Below, one piece after another: positions 1-9,882 of a stretch of 64,000 nucleotides of DNA. The stretch is from Candidatus Krumholzibacteriia bacterium (lineage in GTDB: Bacteria > Krumholzibacteriota > Krumholzibacteriia > JAJRXK01), in the NCBI GenBank assembly GCA_041484665.1, contig JBGPIA010000010.1, positions 32,001 through 96,000 on the forward strand, given 5' to 3'. The notes under the pieces were generated by a model that did no database searches, was not told the DNA's origin, and was given only the letters and a program-made list of their open reading frames with translations. The stretch's first letter is position 1, and every line of letters starts with the position of its first letter. The translations under genes were made by a program, and so were the position numbers.

Positions 1-261
1 GAAGATCTCCTTGCCCTCGGGCGACTTGGTGTTGAGCGTCACCGACTTCTTGTTGGCGTTCTGGGCCAGGAAGCTCGTCCCCATCAGTTGGTCATTGAGC
101 TCGGGCACGCAGCCGAGCTTGCGGGCCAGGTCACCGTCCTTGGGATTCTCGATCTTGATCACCTCGGCGCCCAACAACGCCAGATGCAGGGTCGCGAACG
201 GCCCCGCCAGGACGTTGGTGAGATCGAGGACCCGGACGCCGGAGAGGATGGGCTTGCTCAC
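1..261 (-). CDS. CaiB/BaiF (family III) CoA-transferase, 5' part only; runs off the window edge
   Basis: Own translation: (V)SKPILSGVRVLDLTNVLAGPFATLHLALLGAEVIKIENPKDGDLAR...NANKKSVTLN, the typical family III N-terminus. GTG start overlaps the upstream gene's TGA (GTGA). Confidence 0.92.
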   Translation of the reverse strand, partial: MSKPILSGVRVLDLTNVLAGPFATLHLALLGAEVIKIENPKDGDLARKLGCVPELNDQLMGTSFLAQNANKKSVTLNTKSPEGKEIF

Positions 262-1169
262 GCGAGCTCCTTCGTCGGGATGGGGCCGGACTTGTACACG
301 AAGCCCGGCAGCTCGCGTCCGAAGTACGTGGCCACGTCGCGGGCCACCCCAAGGATCGCATCGAGGTCTACATCCGCGCGCAGGTCCTGCAGGTACAGGG
401 CGTGGACGAAGTCCTCGGTTGCCACGTTTCCGGCGGCGACCTTGGTGAAGGGGCAGCCGCCCAGGCCGGCGAACGACGTCTCGTAGGAGGTCACGCCCAC
501 GCGCAGGGCGGCGAAGATATTGGCCATGCCCAGGCCGTAGGTATTGTGGAAGTGGCAGGCGCAATCGACCGCAGGATCCAGGCGGAGGATCGCGCCGAAC
601 AGCCGCTCGACCTGGCCCGGGTGGGCGTGCCCTGCGGTATCGGCCAGGCTGATGTTGCGCAGGCCCGCCTCGAGATAGGCGCGCACCATGTCCAGCACGC
701 GCTCCTGCGGGATCGGGCCTTCAAACCCGCAGCCGAAGGCCGACTGCACCGAGACCTGTACCTTCTTCCCCGCCGCCACGGCCTGTCCCGCGGCGCCGAT
801 GATGCGACCGGTGGCCTCCTCGGTGCCCATGCCGGTATTCTTGCGGCTGTGGGTCTCGCTGGCCGAGGCCCCCATGCAGAACAGCTCGACGCCGCACTGC
901 AGGCCGCGCTCGAGGCCCTTCTCGTTGAGCACGAGCCCCGACAGCATCGCGGACGGTTTCCGCTCCGCCATCAGCCGCCGAAACAGCGCGTCGGTGTCGG
1001 CCATCTGCGGGACCTTGTCCGGGTGGACGAAGGAGCCCACCTGGACGATGTCCACCCCGGACTCCGCGATACCGCGGATCCAGGCCTCCTTTCGCTCGAT
1101 GGAAACGACCTGCTTCTCCATCTGGAGGCCGTCCCGCGGACCGACCTCGTGGATGATGATGCGCGTCAT
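258..1169 (-). CDS. Hydroxymethylglutaryl-CoA lyase family protein (DRE-TIM metallolyase)
   Basis: MTRIIIHEVGPRDGLQ, HFHNTYG and GLGGCPF...GNVATED motifs. Start is the internal ATG of ORF 258..1964. Confidence 0.92.
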   Translation of the reverse strand: MTRIIIHEVGPRDGLQMEKQVVSIERKEAWIRGIAESGVDIVQVGSFVHPDKVPQMADTDALFRRLMAERKPSAMLSGLVLNEKGLERGLQCGVELFCMGASASETHSRKNTGMGTEEATGRIIGAAGQAVAAGKKVQVSVQSAFGCGFEGPIPQERVLDMVRAYLEAGLRNISLADTAGHAHPGQVERLFGAILRLDPAVDCACHFHNTYGLGMANIFAALRVGVTSYETSFAGLGGCPFTKVAAGNVATEDFVHALYLQDLRADVDLDAILGVARDVATYFGRELPGFVYKSGPIPTKELA

Positions 1170-1231
1170 GGATCGCTTCCCTTGCCTTCTGCTGGCGCAT
1201 GGGTGACGTCCCAGCGCCGGACGGCTCCCGA

Positions 1232-1325
1232 GCGCCCAACGACTGCTTGGCGCCAAGCGACCCGCCGGCGGCCGACGACTTCCTGGCGCCAAGCGACCCG
1301 CCAGCGCCCAACGACTGCTTGGCGC
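1232..1325. repeat. Intergenic 36-bp tandem repeat, about 2.6 copies, no spacers
   Basis: GCGCCCAACGACTGCTTGGCGCCAAGCGACCCGCCG / GCGGCCGACGACTTCCTGGCGCCAAGCGACCCGCCA / GCGCCCAACGACTGCTTGGCGC. Confidence 0.9.
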
Positions 1326-1354
1326 GCAAGGACTCGCCGGCGGCCTCCCACTCC

Positions 1355-2497
1355 CTAGCGCCGTGCCGCCACGCCCGCGCCGAGCTTCGCCGCAATCGCC
1401 TCGGCCATCTCGAGCGTTTTCGCGCTGCCGCCCATGTCGTAGGTGCGCACCTTTCCCTCGCGCACGACCTCCGCAACGGCGGCCTGCAGGCGCGCCGCCT
1501 TGTCGGCCTCGCCGAGCCAGTCGAGCATCATTTTGGCGGCGAGGATGGTGGCGATCGGGTTCACCTTGTACTGGCCGGCATACTTGGGCGCCGAGCCGTG
1601 GGTGGGCTCGAACACCGCCAGCGCATCGCCGATGTTGCCGGAGCAACCGAAGCCCAGCCCGCCCACCATCTGCGCGCAGAGGTCGGAGATGATGTCGCCG
1701 TAGAGATTCGGCGCCACCAGCACGTCGTAGTTGAAGGGGTTCTTGAGCAGCCACATCGTGATGGCGTCGATGTTGGCGTCGTCCATGGCGATGCCGGGAA
1801 ACTCCCGCGCCACCCGGCGCGCGGCCTCGAGGAACAGCCCGTCGGTGGCGCGCACCACGTTGGCCTTGTGCACCACGGTGACTTTCCTGCGGCCATGCGT
1901 GCGCGCAAACTCGAACGCCGCGCGGACGATCCGCTCCGAGCCCATCTTGGTATTGACCTTGCACGAGATGGCGTACTCGTCGCTCTTCAGCCCGGCGAAC
2001 GGCTTGAACGCCGGCGCCAGCTCCGTCAGCGTGTCACGCAGCCGGTCGGGCACCGTGTTGAACTCAACGCCCGCGTAGAGATCCTCGGTGTTCTCGCGGA
2101 ACACGACGAGGTCGATGCCTTCCTTGTAGTTCAAGGGGTTCTCCGCGTAGGCCTTGCACGGGCGCAGGCAGACGTAGAGGTCGAACAGCTGCCGCATGCG
2201 GACGATCGGCGAGCGATAGACGAGCGCTTTGCCCTGCAGGCCCGCCGCCAGCTCCAGCTGCGCCTCCTTGACCGGCTTGGAGGTGATCGCCCCGAACATG
2301 GCGGCGTCCACGTTGCGCAACAGCTCGATCGTGCGCTTGGGGAAGGCGTCCCCTTCCTGGCGCCAGTACTCCCAACCGATGTCGCCGTGCAGGTAGTCGG
2401 CCTCGAGGCCCAACCGGTCGAGCACGATCCTGGCTGCCTCCATCACCTCGCCGCCGATCCCGTCCCCCGGCAGCCACGCGATCCTGTACTTCGTCAT
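1355..2497 (-). CDS. Isocitrate/isopropylmalate dehydrogenase family protein
   Basis: MTKYRIAWLPGDGIGGEV, RENTEDLY, HKANV, NLYGDIISD and FEPTHGSAP motifs. GGAGG RBS upstream. Confidence 0.93.
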   Translation of the reverse strand: MTKYRIAWLPGDGIGGEVMEAARIVLDRLGLEADYLHGDIGWEYWRQEGDAFPKRTIELLRNVDAAMFGAITSKPVKEAQLELAAGLQGKALVYRSPIVRMRQLFDLYVCLRPCKAYAENPLNYKEGIDLVVFRENTEDLYAGVEFNTVPDRLRDTLTELAPAFKPFAGLKSDEYAISCKVNTKMGSERIVRAAFEFARTHGRRKVTVVHKANVVRATDGLFLEAARRVAREFPGIAMDDANIDAITMWLLKNPFNYDVLVAPNLYGDIISDLCAQMVGGLGFGCSGNIGDALAVFEPTHGSAPKYAGQYKVNPIATILAAKMMLDWLGEADKAARLQAAVAEVVREGKVRTYDMGGSAKTLEMAEAIAAKLGAGVAARR

Positions 2498-2748
2498 TGC
2501 GGACGTCCTCCTGATCGGAGCGTTGACGTTCGAGAGGGTCGGCGTGTTGGAGCCCAGCCCTGCCCCAAAGCCGGTGGGGCACGTGGCGGGCCCACGCGCG
2601 TGGAGCCACGCGGCCCGCGCGCGGCCCGCGCCGCCTGCGGCAACGCTAGGTAAGCAGGAAGGGCCGCACAAGCGGATCGGGGGCGTTGGGCGGGGCCCGG
2701 GATCACACAATCAGAGCGTGAACGCGGGAGGTGCCCGCGCGGCGCGGC

Positions 2749-4464
2749 TCAGCGCAGGCCGTGGAGCGAGTCCGGCCGCGCGTCGGGGCGCAGCTGCGGT
2801 TGAGTGTGCGGCCGCAACTCGGGGCGCAGCTCGGGCTGTGTCTCGCGCTGCAGCTCGGGCTGCGCCTCGACCCGGACAAGCACCGTGCCGCCGACCTGGT
2901 GGGGGCTCAGCCGCAGCGTCGCCGGCGCCTGGGACCGCAGGCCGTTCCAGTCGCGCTCGCGCATCACGCAGATCGCTGAGCCACTTTCGTGAACGAGATC
3001 CACGAGCCCCGCGACGCCCAGGACTACGGGCAGCGGATGTGGTGTGAAGAAAGGTCGGGGATTGCCCGACAGGACGCTGACGGGTACCCGCGTATAATAG
3101 TGGACTCCGCGCGCCAGGGGCGGACTCGTCACAACGGGCTCTCGGCCGCTGCGTTCGCTCAGGACCCTGGCAGCCGCCTCCCGGACCGATGTCATCGCCT
3201 CCACGGTCGTCGCGGCGGTCGTCGTCGCCAGGAAATTCAGGAGCACCGTGCTGGAGGCCGTCATCAGCACCCAGCCGCGCGAAGGCCGCACCCGCCCGAG
3301 CACGAATGCCATCCCCCAGACGGCGGCCATGGCGATCGCCGGAATGGAGAACGGTCGCAGGCTCGTGACGGCGAGCACGCAGAGCGCGGCAGCCGCCTGC
3401 GCAAGCCCCAGCCCCAGGATCAGCCAGCGCTCAACGCGGCTGCGCCAGCCCTCGGCCAAGAGCGAGTCGAGCGTGCTGCCCATCAACAGGGCGAGCGGAA
3501 CGAAAAGGAACAGCGCGTAGGTCGGCAGCTTGGACTGCGCGGCGGTCAGGAACAGGAGGCTCGAGAGGATCCAGCACCACAGATAAAGGCCGGCGCCATC
3601 CCGCGCGGCCCGGCGCACGCGCCACAGCGAGGCCACGAGCAGGGGTGTCCAGGGCAAGGAGCCGATCGCCAGCACCTCGAGGTAGTACTCGATCCGGTTG
3701 TTGGAGGCGTGCTCGGCCCGCAGGAACCGCGTGATGTTCTCGTGCACGAAGAAGGCGTCGACGTAGCCCCACCCGAACTTGGCCAGCATGCTCGCGTACC
3801 AGGGCGCCGCGATCAGCGCGTAGATCGCCAGTCCCGCCCAGAGCCCCGGCCCGCGCAACGGCGACCGCCGTCTCGCGACGATGAGGTAGGTTGCCGCCGC
3901 GAGCGCCGGGATGAGTGAGCCAAGCGGCCCCTTGGTCAGCACCGCCAGAGCGGAGCACGCGAAGGAGAGCGCCACCCAGCGGTCGCGCCGGCGATCTTTC
4001 GCCACCGCCATCCAGAAGCTGAACGCAGCGCCACACACGAAGAGAGAAAAGACCATGTCGGTCAGCATGAACCGGGCGGTGACGATGAACTCGATCCCGG
4101 TGGCGAGCACCAGTGCCGACAGGAACCCGGCCCTGCGTCCCCACCGCCGCGCGCCGAAGCCGTAGACGAGCGCCACGAGCAGCGTCGCCGCGACGGCCGC
4201 CGGCACGCGCCCGGCGAGCTCGCTCTCGCCCAGCAGGCGGTACGAGCCCATGACGAGCCAGTAGTAGAGGATCGGCTTCTCGAACTGGGGCGCGCCGAAA
4301 ATCCGGGGAGTGACCCAGTCGTGCTGCGCCAGCATCTCGCGGGCGGTTTGCGCGTAGAACGGCTCGTCGGGATCGAAGAGTCCCAGGCGGCCGAGGCGCC
4401 ACCAGAAGGCGGCGGCGCAGACGAGCAGCAGAATGAAGACGTCGCGCTTTGCGCTTGCGAACAT
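2749..4464 (-). CDS. ArnT/GT39-type membrane glycosyltransferase
   Basis: DPDEPFYAQTAREM, FEKPILYYW, LTKGPLG and SKLPTY motifs with many TM segments. C-terminal 12-bp-period QPEL repeats. Confidence 0.9.
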   Translation of the reverse strand: MFASAKRDVFILLLVCAAAFWWRLGRLGLFDPDEPFYAQTAREMLAQHDWVTPRIFGAPQFEKPILYYWLVMGSYRLLGESELAGRVPAAVAATLLVALVYGFGARRWGRRAGFLSALVLATGIEFIVTARFMLTDMVFSLFVCGAAFSFWMAVAKDRRRDRWVALSFACSALAVLTKGPLGSLIPALAAATYLIVARRRSPLRGPGLWAGLAIYALIAAPWYASMLAKFGWGYVDAFFVHENITRFLRAEHASNNRIEYYLEVLAIGSLPWTPLLVASLWRVRRAARDGAGLYLWCWILSSLLFLTAAQSKLPTYALFLFVPLALLMGSTLDSLLAEGWRSRVERWLILGLGLAQAAAALCVLAVTSLRPFSIPAIAMAAVWGMAFVLGRVRPSRGWVLMTASSTVLLNFLATTTAATTVEAMTSVREAAARVLSERSGREPVVTSPPLARGVHYYTRVPVSVLSGNPRPFFTPHPLPVVLGVAGLVDLVHESGSAICVMRERDWNGLRSQAPATLRLSPHQVGGTVLVRVEAQPELQRETQPELRPELRPHTQPQLRPDARPDSLHGLR

Positions 4465-4859
4465 GGTCCGTCGCCGGCAAGGAGCGCCACTACGGGGAGC
4501 CGGTCGCATGGACTCGCGCACAGCGGCGCGGGCGACCCCGGCTCCCATCGGATCGCGGAGCAGGGACACTAGCACGATCCGACCGCAAGGGCATCCGTCC
4601 ACGGGCATGCGTCCACGGAGAAGAGTGGCTCCGGGAGCCTCGTCACCCGAGCTTGCGGCGTTGTTGCAGCGCCGGCGGACGCCCGACCCGCGTGCGCTGG
4701 AGGCTCCTGGGGGGATACCCTTGGCTCCTTCAGGCTGACAGGCGCCGGTCACTCGCGTTTTCCCTGGATCTTCGCCTCGGACCCCCGCTGTCAGTCCGTC
4801 CTGGCGGCGAGCCGAGGGGAGGCCTCGCCCGGAATCCGGGCGCGGAACCCGTGAAACAG

Positions 4860-4889
4860 TTGCCGTCGCGCCCGCGGCGATGCTACGAT
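4860..4889 (+). promoter_or_regulatory. Putative sigma70 promoter for the 4932 gene
   Basis: TTGCCG-N18-TACGAT with a TG extended -10. Confidence 0.4.
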
Positions 4890-4931
4890 CCGCGTGCTTG
4901 CTCGCCTTACCCAGTCCCATTGGAGGCAACC

Positions 4932-5429
4932 ATGAGAAGGACGTCCCGCCCCGCAAGGGGTAGGAAGGGCACTTTCGTACTCATCACGGCCACCGCACTC
5001 CTCGCCCTCGGCGTGGGTGCAGTGGTCCTCGCGGACAACTCCGCCAAGCCCGCGCCCGCCAGCAAAGAGGTCACGGTGCCGGTCGCTGGAGTGATGGTCA
5101 GCGTCGATCCGCAGACCGGCCAGATCCGGCAGCCCTCCCCCGAGGAAATCAAAGCCCTGACGGAGGGCCTGCAGAAGCAGTTCGGGAGCCCGACTCCCGT
5201 CAAGGTGGTCGAGTATCCCAACGGCATGGTGTCCGTTGAGCTCCCGGACGACTACATGCAGTACACGGTGCTCCAGGTGAATCCCGACGGAACCAGGACG
5301 GTTGAGTGTGTCACCGGCGCGACCGCGGCCGATGCGCTCCTCAACGCGGATGGATCCGCGCCCGCCGGGGATCACTCTGGGTGCCAGGATGCGACGCAGC
5401 CCGCCGACCCCAACGCTGGTAAGGAGTAG
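4932..5429 (+). CDS. Secreted protein resembling the 'post-PEP-CTERM-1' domain family
   Basis: GGAGG RBS and signal peptide. VSVDPQTGQIRQPSPEE...PNGMVSVELPDDYMQYTV...PDG...ECV pattern. Confidence 0.7.
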   Translation: MRRTSRPARGRKGTFVLITATALLALGVGAVVLADNSAKPAPASKEVTVPVAGVMVSVDPQTGQIRQPSPEEIKALTEGLQKQFGSPTPVKVVEYPNGMVSVELPDDYMQYTVLQVNPDGTRTVECVTGATAADALLNADGSAPAGDHSGCQDATQPADPNAGKE

Positions 5430-5433
5430 TGCC

Positions 5434-7479
5434 ATGAAGAGAATTGTTACTGGCATGCTCCTGCTGGCCTTCGGGGTCGTGGCAGGCAGCATTTCGTTCG
5501 CGCCGCGCCCGGCATCCGCCGCCGCGGTCGTCACCATCATCAACAACGACGGTGCGGGCGAAGGCTTCAACGACGCCACCGCCGCAGTCCCGGTTGGCGG
5601 CAACGCTGGCGTCACGATCGGGCAGCAGAGGCTCATCGCCTTCCAGTTCGCGGCCAATGTCTGGGGCGCCACCCTCGACAGCAACGTGCCGATCCTGGTG
5701 CAGGCCAATTTCGACCCGCTGAGCTGCACGGCGACGGCGGCCGTGCTCGGATCGGCCGGCGCGACCTTCATTTTTACGAACTACGTCCCCATCCCGCCTT
5801 GGCCGGGCCCGGAGTTTCTCGCGACCTGGTATTGCTCGGCCCTGGCTGACAAGCGCGCCGGACAGGAGCTCAATCCTGGTTTTCCGGACATCGCGGCCCG
5901 GTTCAACAGCAACCTCGGCAACGCGGGTTGCTTGACGGGCATCTTCTGGTACTACGGGCTGGACGGAAACCACGGCGCCAACATCGACCTCGTCACGGTC
6001 CTGCTGCACGAGCTGGGCCATGGCCTGGGGTTCCAGCAATTCGCCAGCGTGACGACTGGCTTGCAGTGTTGCGCACTACCGGCCCCCCGGCAGACGGACG
6101 TCTACGCCCGGCATCTCCTGGACACCACCACCGGGAAGACCTGGGACCAGATGATCGATGCCGAGCGCGTCGCTTCCGCGATCAACACCCAGAGAGTCGT
6201 ATGGAACGGGGCCGTGGTGGGAGCCAAGGTCCCGCTCGTGCTGGCTTCCGGGACACCTCTGGTGCGCGTCAATTCCCCGGCTGTGATCGCGGGAAACTAC
6301 CCCGTGGGGACCGCGGCCTTCGGCCCGGCGCTCTCCAGCCCCGGCGTCACGGGCGACCTCGAGCTCGTGAATGACGGGGCCGGTGCTTCGACGTCGGATG
6401 CTTGCGAGCCCTTGGTCGGGTTTACCCCCGGCCACATCGCGATCCTCGATCGTGGCACCTGCACGTTCGTCGTCAAAGTGAAGGTCGCTCAAGATGCCGG
6501 GGCGATCGCCGCCATCGTCGTCGACAACGTGGCTGGATCGCCTCCTGCGGGCCTGGGCGGCACGGATCCGACCATCACCATCCCAGCGGTCAGGGTGAGC
6601 CTGGCGGATGGAAACGCCATCAAGGCGCAGCTGGGAGGCGGCGTGAACGTCACGCTCGGTGTCGACCTGACGATTCGCGCTGGCGCCAACCCGGCGGGCT
6701 TGGCGATGTTGTACACACCGGTGCCGGTGGCCTCGGGCTCGACCATCTCGCACTGGGACACGAGCGCGTTCCCCAACCAGTTGATGGAGCCCGCCATCAA
6801 CGCGGACCTCACGCACAGCCTCATCCCGCCCCAAGACTTGACGCTGGCTCTGATGCGCGACATCGGCTGGTTCGTGGATCAGGACCTCGACGGCATTCCG
6901 GACGCGGGTGATCCCGTCGCAATCGCACAGATCCGCCTGACGGTGGACCGCCTGGTGGATGGCGCCGCCGTTGTGCGCTGGGACCCGGTGGCGATGCAGA
7001 GCTTCGCTGGCTTCCGCGTCTACCGCCAGGTGCCTGGCAGCGAGCGCGTGGAGATCAGCAACGGCACGCTCAGCAGCGCCTCGTACCTCCAGTTCAAGGA
7101 CCCGTCGGCACCGGCCGGCGGAGCCGACTACTGGCTGGCCGGGGTGGCGGAGAGCGGCGTGGAGACTTGGTTCGGACCGGTGACGCTCGGCTCGACCGTG
7201 CGCCCGGGTGTCCGGCTCGCCGTGAACTCGAATCCGTTCCGGCCGGGCAGCTCGATCTCGTTCGCGCTGCCGGACAGCCGGCCCGCCGAGTTGGCCGTGT
7301 ACAACGTCGCCGGACGTCAGGTCGCGACCCTGGCGAGTGGCGCGCCCGGCATCGGCGAGCACATCGTCCGCTGGGACGGCCGCAACCAACACGGACAGGA
7401 CGTGGCTGCCGGGATGTACGTCTTGCAGCTGCGCGCCGGCACCGTGACCCGCACCGAGAAGCTGGTACTGATCAGGTAG
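5434..7479 (+). CDS. Secreted zinc metallopeptidase with PA domain and C-terminal FlgD-Ig/T9SS-like domain
   Basis: Signal peptide, HELGHGLG zincin motif, PA domain (ILDRGTCTFVVKVKVAQDAGA), SHWD..LMEP, and C-terminus SNPF...VYNVAGRQV..WDGRN..GMYVLQL..KLVLIR. Confidence 0.88.
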   Translation: MKRIVTGMLLLAFGVVAGSISFAPRPASAAAVVTIINNDGAGEGFNDATAAVPVGGNAGVTIGQQRLIAFQFAANVWGATLDSNVPILVQANFDPLSCTATAAVLGSAGATFIFTNYVPIPPWPGPEFLATWYCSALADKRAGQELNPGFPDIAARFNSNLGNAGCLTGIFWYYGLDGNHGANIDLVTVLLHELGHGLGFQQFASVTTGLQCCALPAPRQTDVYARHLLDTTTGKTWDQMIDAERVASAINTQRVVWNGAVVGAKVPLVLASGTPLVRVNSPAVIAGNYPVGTAAFGPALSSPGVTGDLELVNDGAGASTSDACEPLVGFTPGHIAILDRGTCTFVVKVKVAQDAGAIAAIVVDNVAGSPPAGLGGTDPTITIPAVRVSLADGNAIKAQLGGGVNVTLGVDLTIRAGANPAGLAMLYTPVPVASGSTISHWDTSAFPNQLMEPAINADLTHSLIPPQDLTLALMRDIGWFVDQDLDGIPDAGDPVAIAQIRLTVDRLVDGAAVVRWDPVAMQSFAGFRVYRQVPGSERVEISNGTLSSASYLQFKDPSAPAGGADYWLAGVAESGVETWFGPVTLGSTVRPGVRLAVNSNPFRPGSSISFALPDSRPAELAVYNVAGRQVATLASGAPGIGEHIVRWDGRNQHGQDVAAGMYVLQLRAGTVTRTEKLVLIR

Positions 7480-7545
7480 GTTTCGTCGAACGCGAACGCG
7501 TGCGTCCAGGGCCGTCTCCAACGACCTGGTCCTCGGACGAACCTT

Positions 7546-7582
7546 GGCCCGGCTGTCGAGCTGATGCCTCGACAGCCGGGCC
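7546..7582. terminator. Perfect 15-bp hairpin between convergent genes; likely terminator
   Basis: GGCCCGGCTGTCGAG-CTGATGC-CTCGACAGCCGGGCC. No clear U-tract. Confidence 0.55.
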
Positions 7583-7684
7583 GTAGCTCCACCTCGCATC
7601 CGACCTCTGCGCGCCGTCGGGGCCAACCGCTTCCCTCTGCGACCGGCGTTGGGCCGGTTCGTCGACGGCCGGCGTGGGGATCCT

Positions 7685-8608
7685 TCAGAGGATCCAGAAC
7701 TCCACACCCTGCTGTTGCAAGAACTCTTCCGCGCGGGGCCCCTTCAGGTAGGCAAGAGTGGAGAGCGTCCCGGCCTCCAGGCAGGTTCGACCCAGGACCG
7801 TGACCGCTCGCGGAGCACCCTCCACCGGCCACCCCGTCTTGGGATCGAGGATGTGGCCGAGCCGCTTCCCCCTCCACAGGACGAAGCGCCGGGCGTCCCC
7901 GCTCGTGGCAAGACCGCCGCGCGACAAATCGATGCGATAGACCGCCGACTCCCCCGTTCGTGCCGGATCGTCGACCCCCACACCCCAGGGACGGTCGCCG
8001 TAACGGCATCCGCTGGCGTAGAGATCTCCGCCGAAATTCACCACGAACGCGCGGCGGGTCCTGGTCGCAATGAGCGCCGCAGCGCGATCCACCGCATACT
8101 CCTTGCCCAGCCCGCCGAGGTCGATCTCCATCCCTTCCGGCATCGATAACGCGGGCTTCGCCCACGTCACGCGGTGCCACCCGACGTGCCGCAGCACGTC
8201 CTGCACCGCCGACTCCGCCGGGACGCGATCGCTCCCATCGAACCGCCAGACGCGGCGCAGCACTCCCGAGGTGATGTCGAACATGCCGTCCGACATCTCG
8301 TAGCACGTCACCGCGTAGTCGATGAGCAGGGCGGTCTCCTCATCGACCTCAACTGGCCGCCCACCCGCGTGGTTGATCAGATCGATGAGATTGTTGGGCC
8401 GGTAGCGGCTGAACTTGCGCTCGATCCGCCGTGCTTCGCGCTCCGCGATCGCGAGCAGCGCTTTCGCCTCGCTACGGTCGGAGCTGTCGACCAGGACCTC
8501 GCACGGACCCGCCATCGCGGTAAACCTGCCGCAGAAATAGTCCTCGATTCGCGCCAGAGAGGGTCGGCCGGTGTCGCGCGCGGGGGCGGGTCGCAGCGAA
8601 CCGGACAC
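7685..8608 (-). CDS. apbE: FAD:protein FMN transferase ApbE
   Basis: FDITSG, IDLGGLGKEYAVD, VNFGGD, LATSG and GHILDPKTGWP motifs. Start uncertain. Confidence 0.93.
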   Translation of the reverse strand: MSGSLRPAPARDTGRPSLARIEDYFCGRFTAMAGPCEVLVDSSDRSEAKALLAIAEREARRIERKFSRYRPNNLIDLINHAGGRPVEVDEETALLIDYAVTCYEMSDGMFDITSGVLRRVWRFDGSDRVPAESAVQDVLRHVGWHRVTWAKPALSMPEGMEIDLGGLGKEYAVDRAAALIATRTRRAFVVNFGGDLYASGCRYGDRPWGVGVDDPARTGESAVYRIDLSRGGLATSGDARRFVLWRGKRLGHILDPKTGWPVEGAPRAVTVLGRTCLEAGTLSTLAYLKGPRAEEFLQQQGVEFWIL

Positions 8609-8616
8609 GCGGGGCC

Positions 8617-9882
8617 TCAGAACTGGACGGAGTAGCCGACGATCAGCGAGCCGATGTCCAGCGCGGGGAACAGGTCAATGTCGCGCTGCACACCCACCGC
8701 GTCGGGAGGGTGACCGTTGCCCCACTGACGCATGTACTCGGCGCGAACGCTGAACTCGCCGGGATAGTCCGCGAGGTGGAAGCCGTAGGTCGCTCCCAGC
8801 GTCATCGTCCGCAGCGGCCCCAGCCGGAAATCACTCGTCGCGATGTCCGGAACCGCGGCGCCCTGGATCAGGCCGAAGGTGAAGAAGTCGGCGGCGGACT
8901 GGCGGTAGAAGCGCAGATGCGGTTGCAGGAACGTGTGGTCCTGCAGCTCTCGGCGGTACTTCAGGTCGACGGTGTTGGATCGCACTCCCCAGTCATCCCA
9001 GTAGTACCGATAGGACAGGTAGAGGACGTCCTGCGTCAGGTGATAGATGGAGCTCACCAACACATCCGCGCGGTCGCGTGTGGCGGGGCGCTGCTCCGTC
9101 AGCTGTCCCACCGTCACACCGCTGTTCGCGTCCAGCAGACTCACCACCTTGTAGGGCTCGGTGAGGTAACCGCGCTCGAAGGCGCGCGACGCGTTCACGG
9201 CCATCATCCACCGGCGCGTGAGGATGCGCGACACGCCAGCCATGGCGCTCGCCACGCGCTTCGGGTTCGAGCCCGTCCCGAGCAGAATGCTCCCATCCGA
9301 CAATCCGACCGGGGTCCCCCCCACGGGAAACACGCCGTCCCGGTTGAATCCGGCGCCCACGGTCAGGGTGGTCAGGCGTTGCATGAGATCGGCCGTGAGT
9401 TTCGCGTTCGCTCCCAGCGACTGGTAGTCCTTCTCTCTGGAGGCGTGCGCGCCGGTCGTGGAGGTGAGCCGGCCCCAGAACGGCTTCTGCCACTCGAGAT
9501 CGAGCGCGCCCCGGATGTCCTTGAAGGAGCTCAACGGGATCTGACCGGCGGGGAGCCGGGTGACGTGGCCCGACGGCGTCGTGGTCGTCTGGATGCGGCC
9601 CGACGGCATGGCGCCGCTGGGCGACGCCCCGGTGATTACGTCGATTCCGAGCTGGGCGGAGAGCGATTGGCCGTCGGGGTAGAGGCGCGTGACCCGGGCG
9701 GTGGGCTCGAACACCTGCGCGCGGCTCTTCTCGCCATAGATGAGCACCGATCCGTCGAACTGCGAGGTCGCGCCCGTCTGCGCGTGCGCCGCGGCCGGCA
9801 TGCCTGAAGCCAGCAGCAGGCACGCCACCGCGCTCAACCGGCTGCGCAGGGCTGATGGCCGGCTGGGAGCCTCTAGTTGCAT
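8617..9882 (-). CDS. DUF3570-family outer-membrane beta-barrel protein
   Basis: Signal peptide, DVITGASP, SREKDYQS, GYLTEPY, YRYYWDDWGV and RFYRQSAADFF; terminal Phe; typical gene context. Confidence 0.85.
   Translation of the reverse strand: MQLEAPSRPSALRSRLSAVACLLLASGMPAAAHAQTGATSQFDGSVLIYGEKSRAQVFEPTARVTRLYPDGQSLSAQLGIDVITGASPSGAMPSGRIQTTTTPSGHVTRLPAGQIPLSSFKDIRGALDLEWQKPFWGRLTSTTGAHASREKDYQSLGANAKLTADLMQRLTTLTVGAGFNRDGVFPVGGTPVGLSDGSILLGTGSNPKRVASAMAGVSRILTRRWMMAVNASRAFERGYLTEPYKVVSLLDANSGVTVGQLTEQRPATRDRADVLVSSIYHLTQDVLYLSYRYYWDDWGVRSNTVDLKYRRELQDHTFLQPHLRFYRQSAADFFTFGLIQGAAVPDIATSDFRLGPLRTMTLGATYGFHLADYPGEFSVRAEYMRQWGNGHPPDAVGVQRDIDLFPALDIGSLIVGYSVQF

Noticed and set aside
1232..1325. 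Possible mini CRISPR array (36-bp palindromic repeat)
   Set aside because: Units are head-to-tail with no unique spacers, and there are no cas genes.
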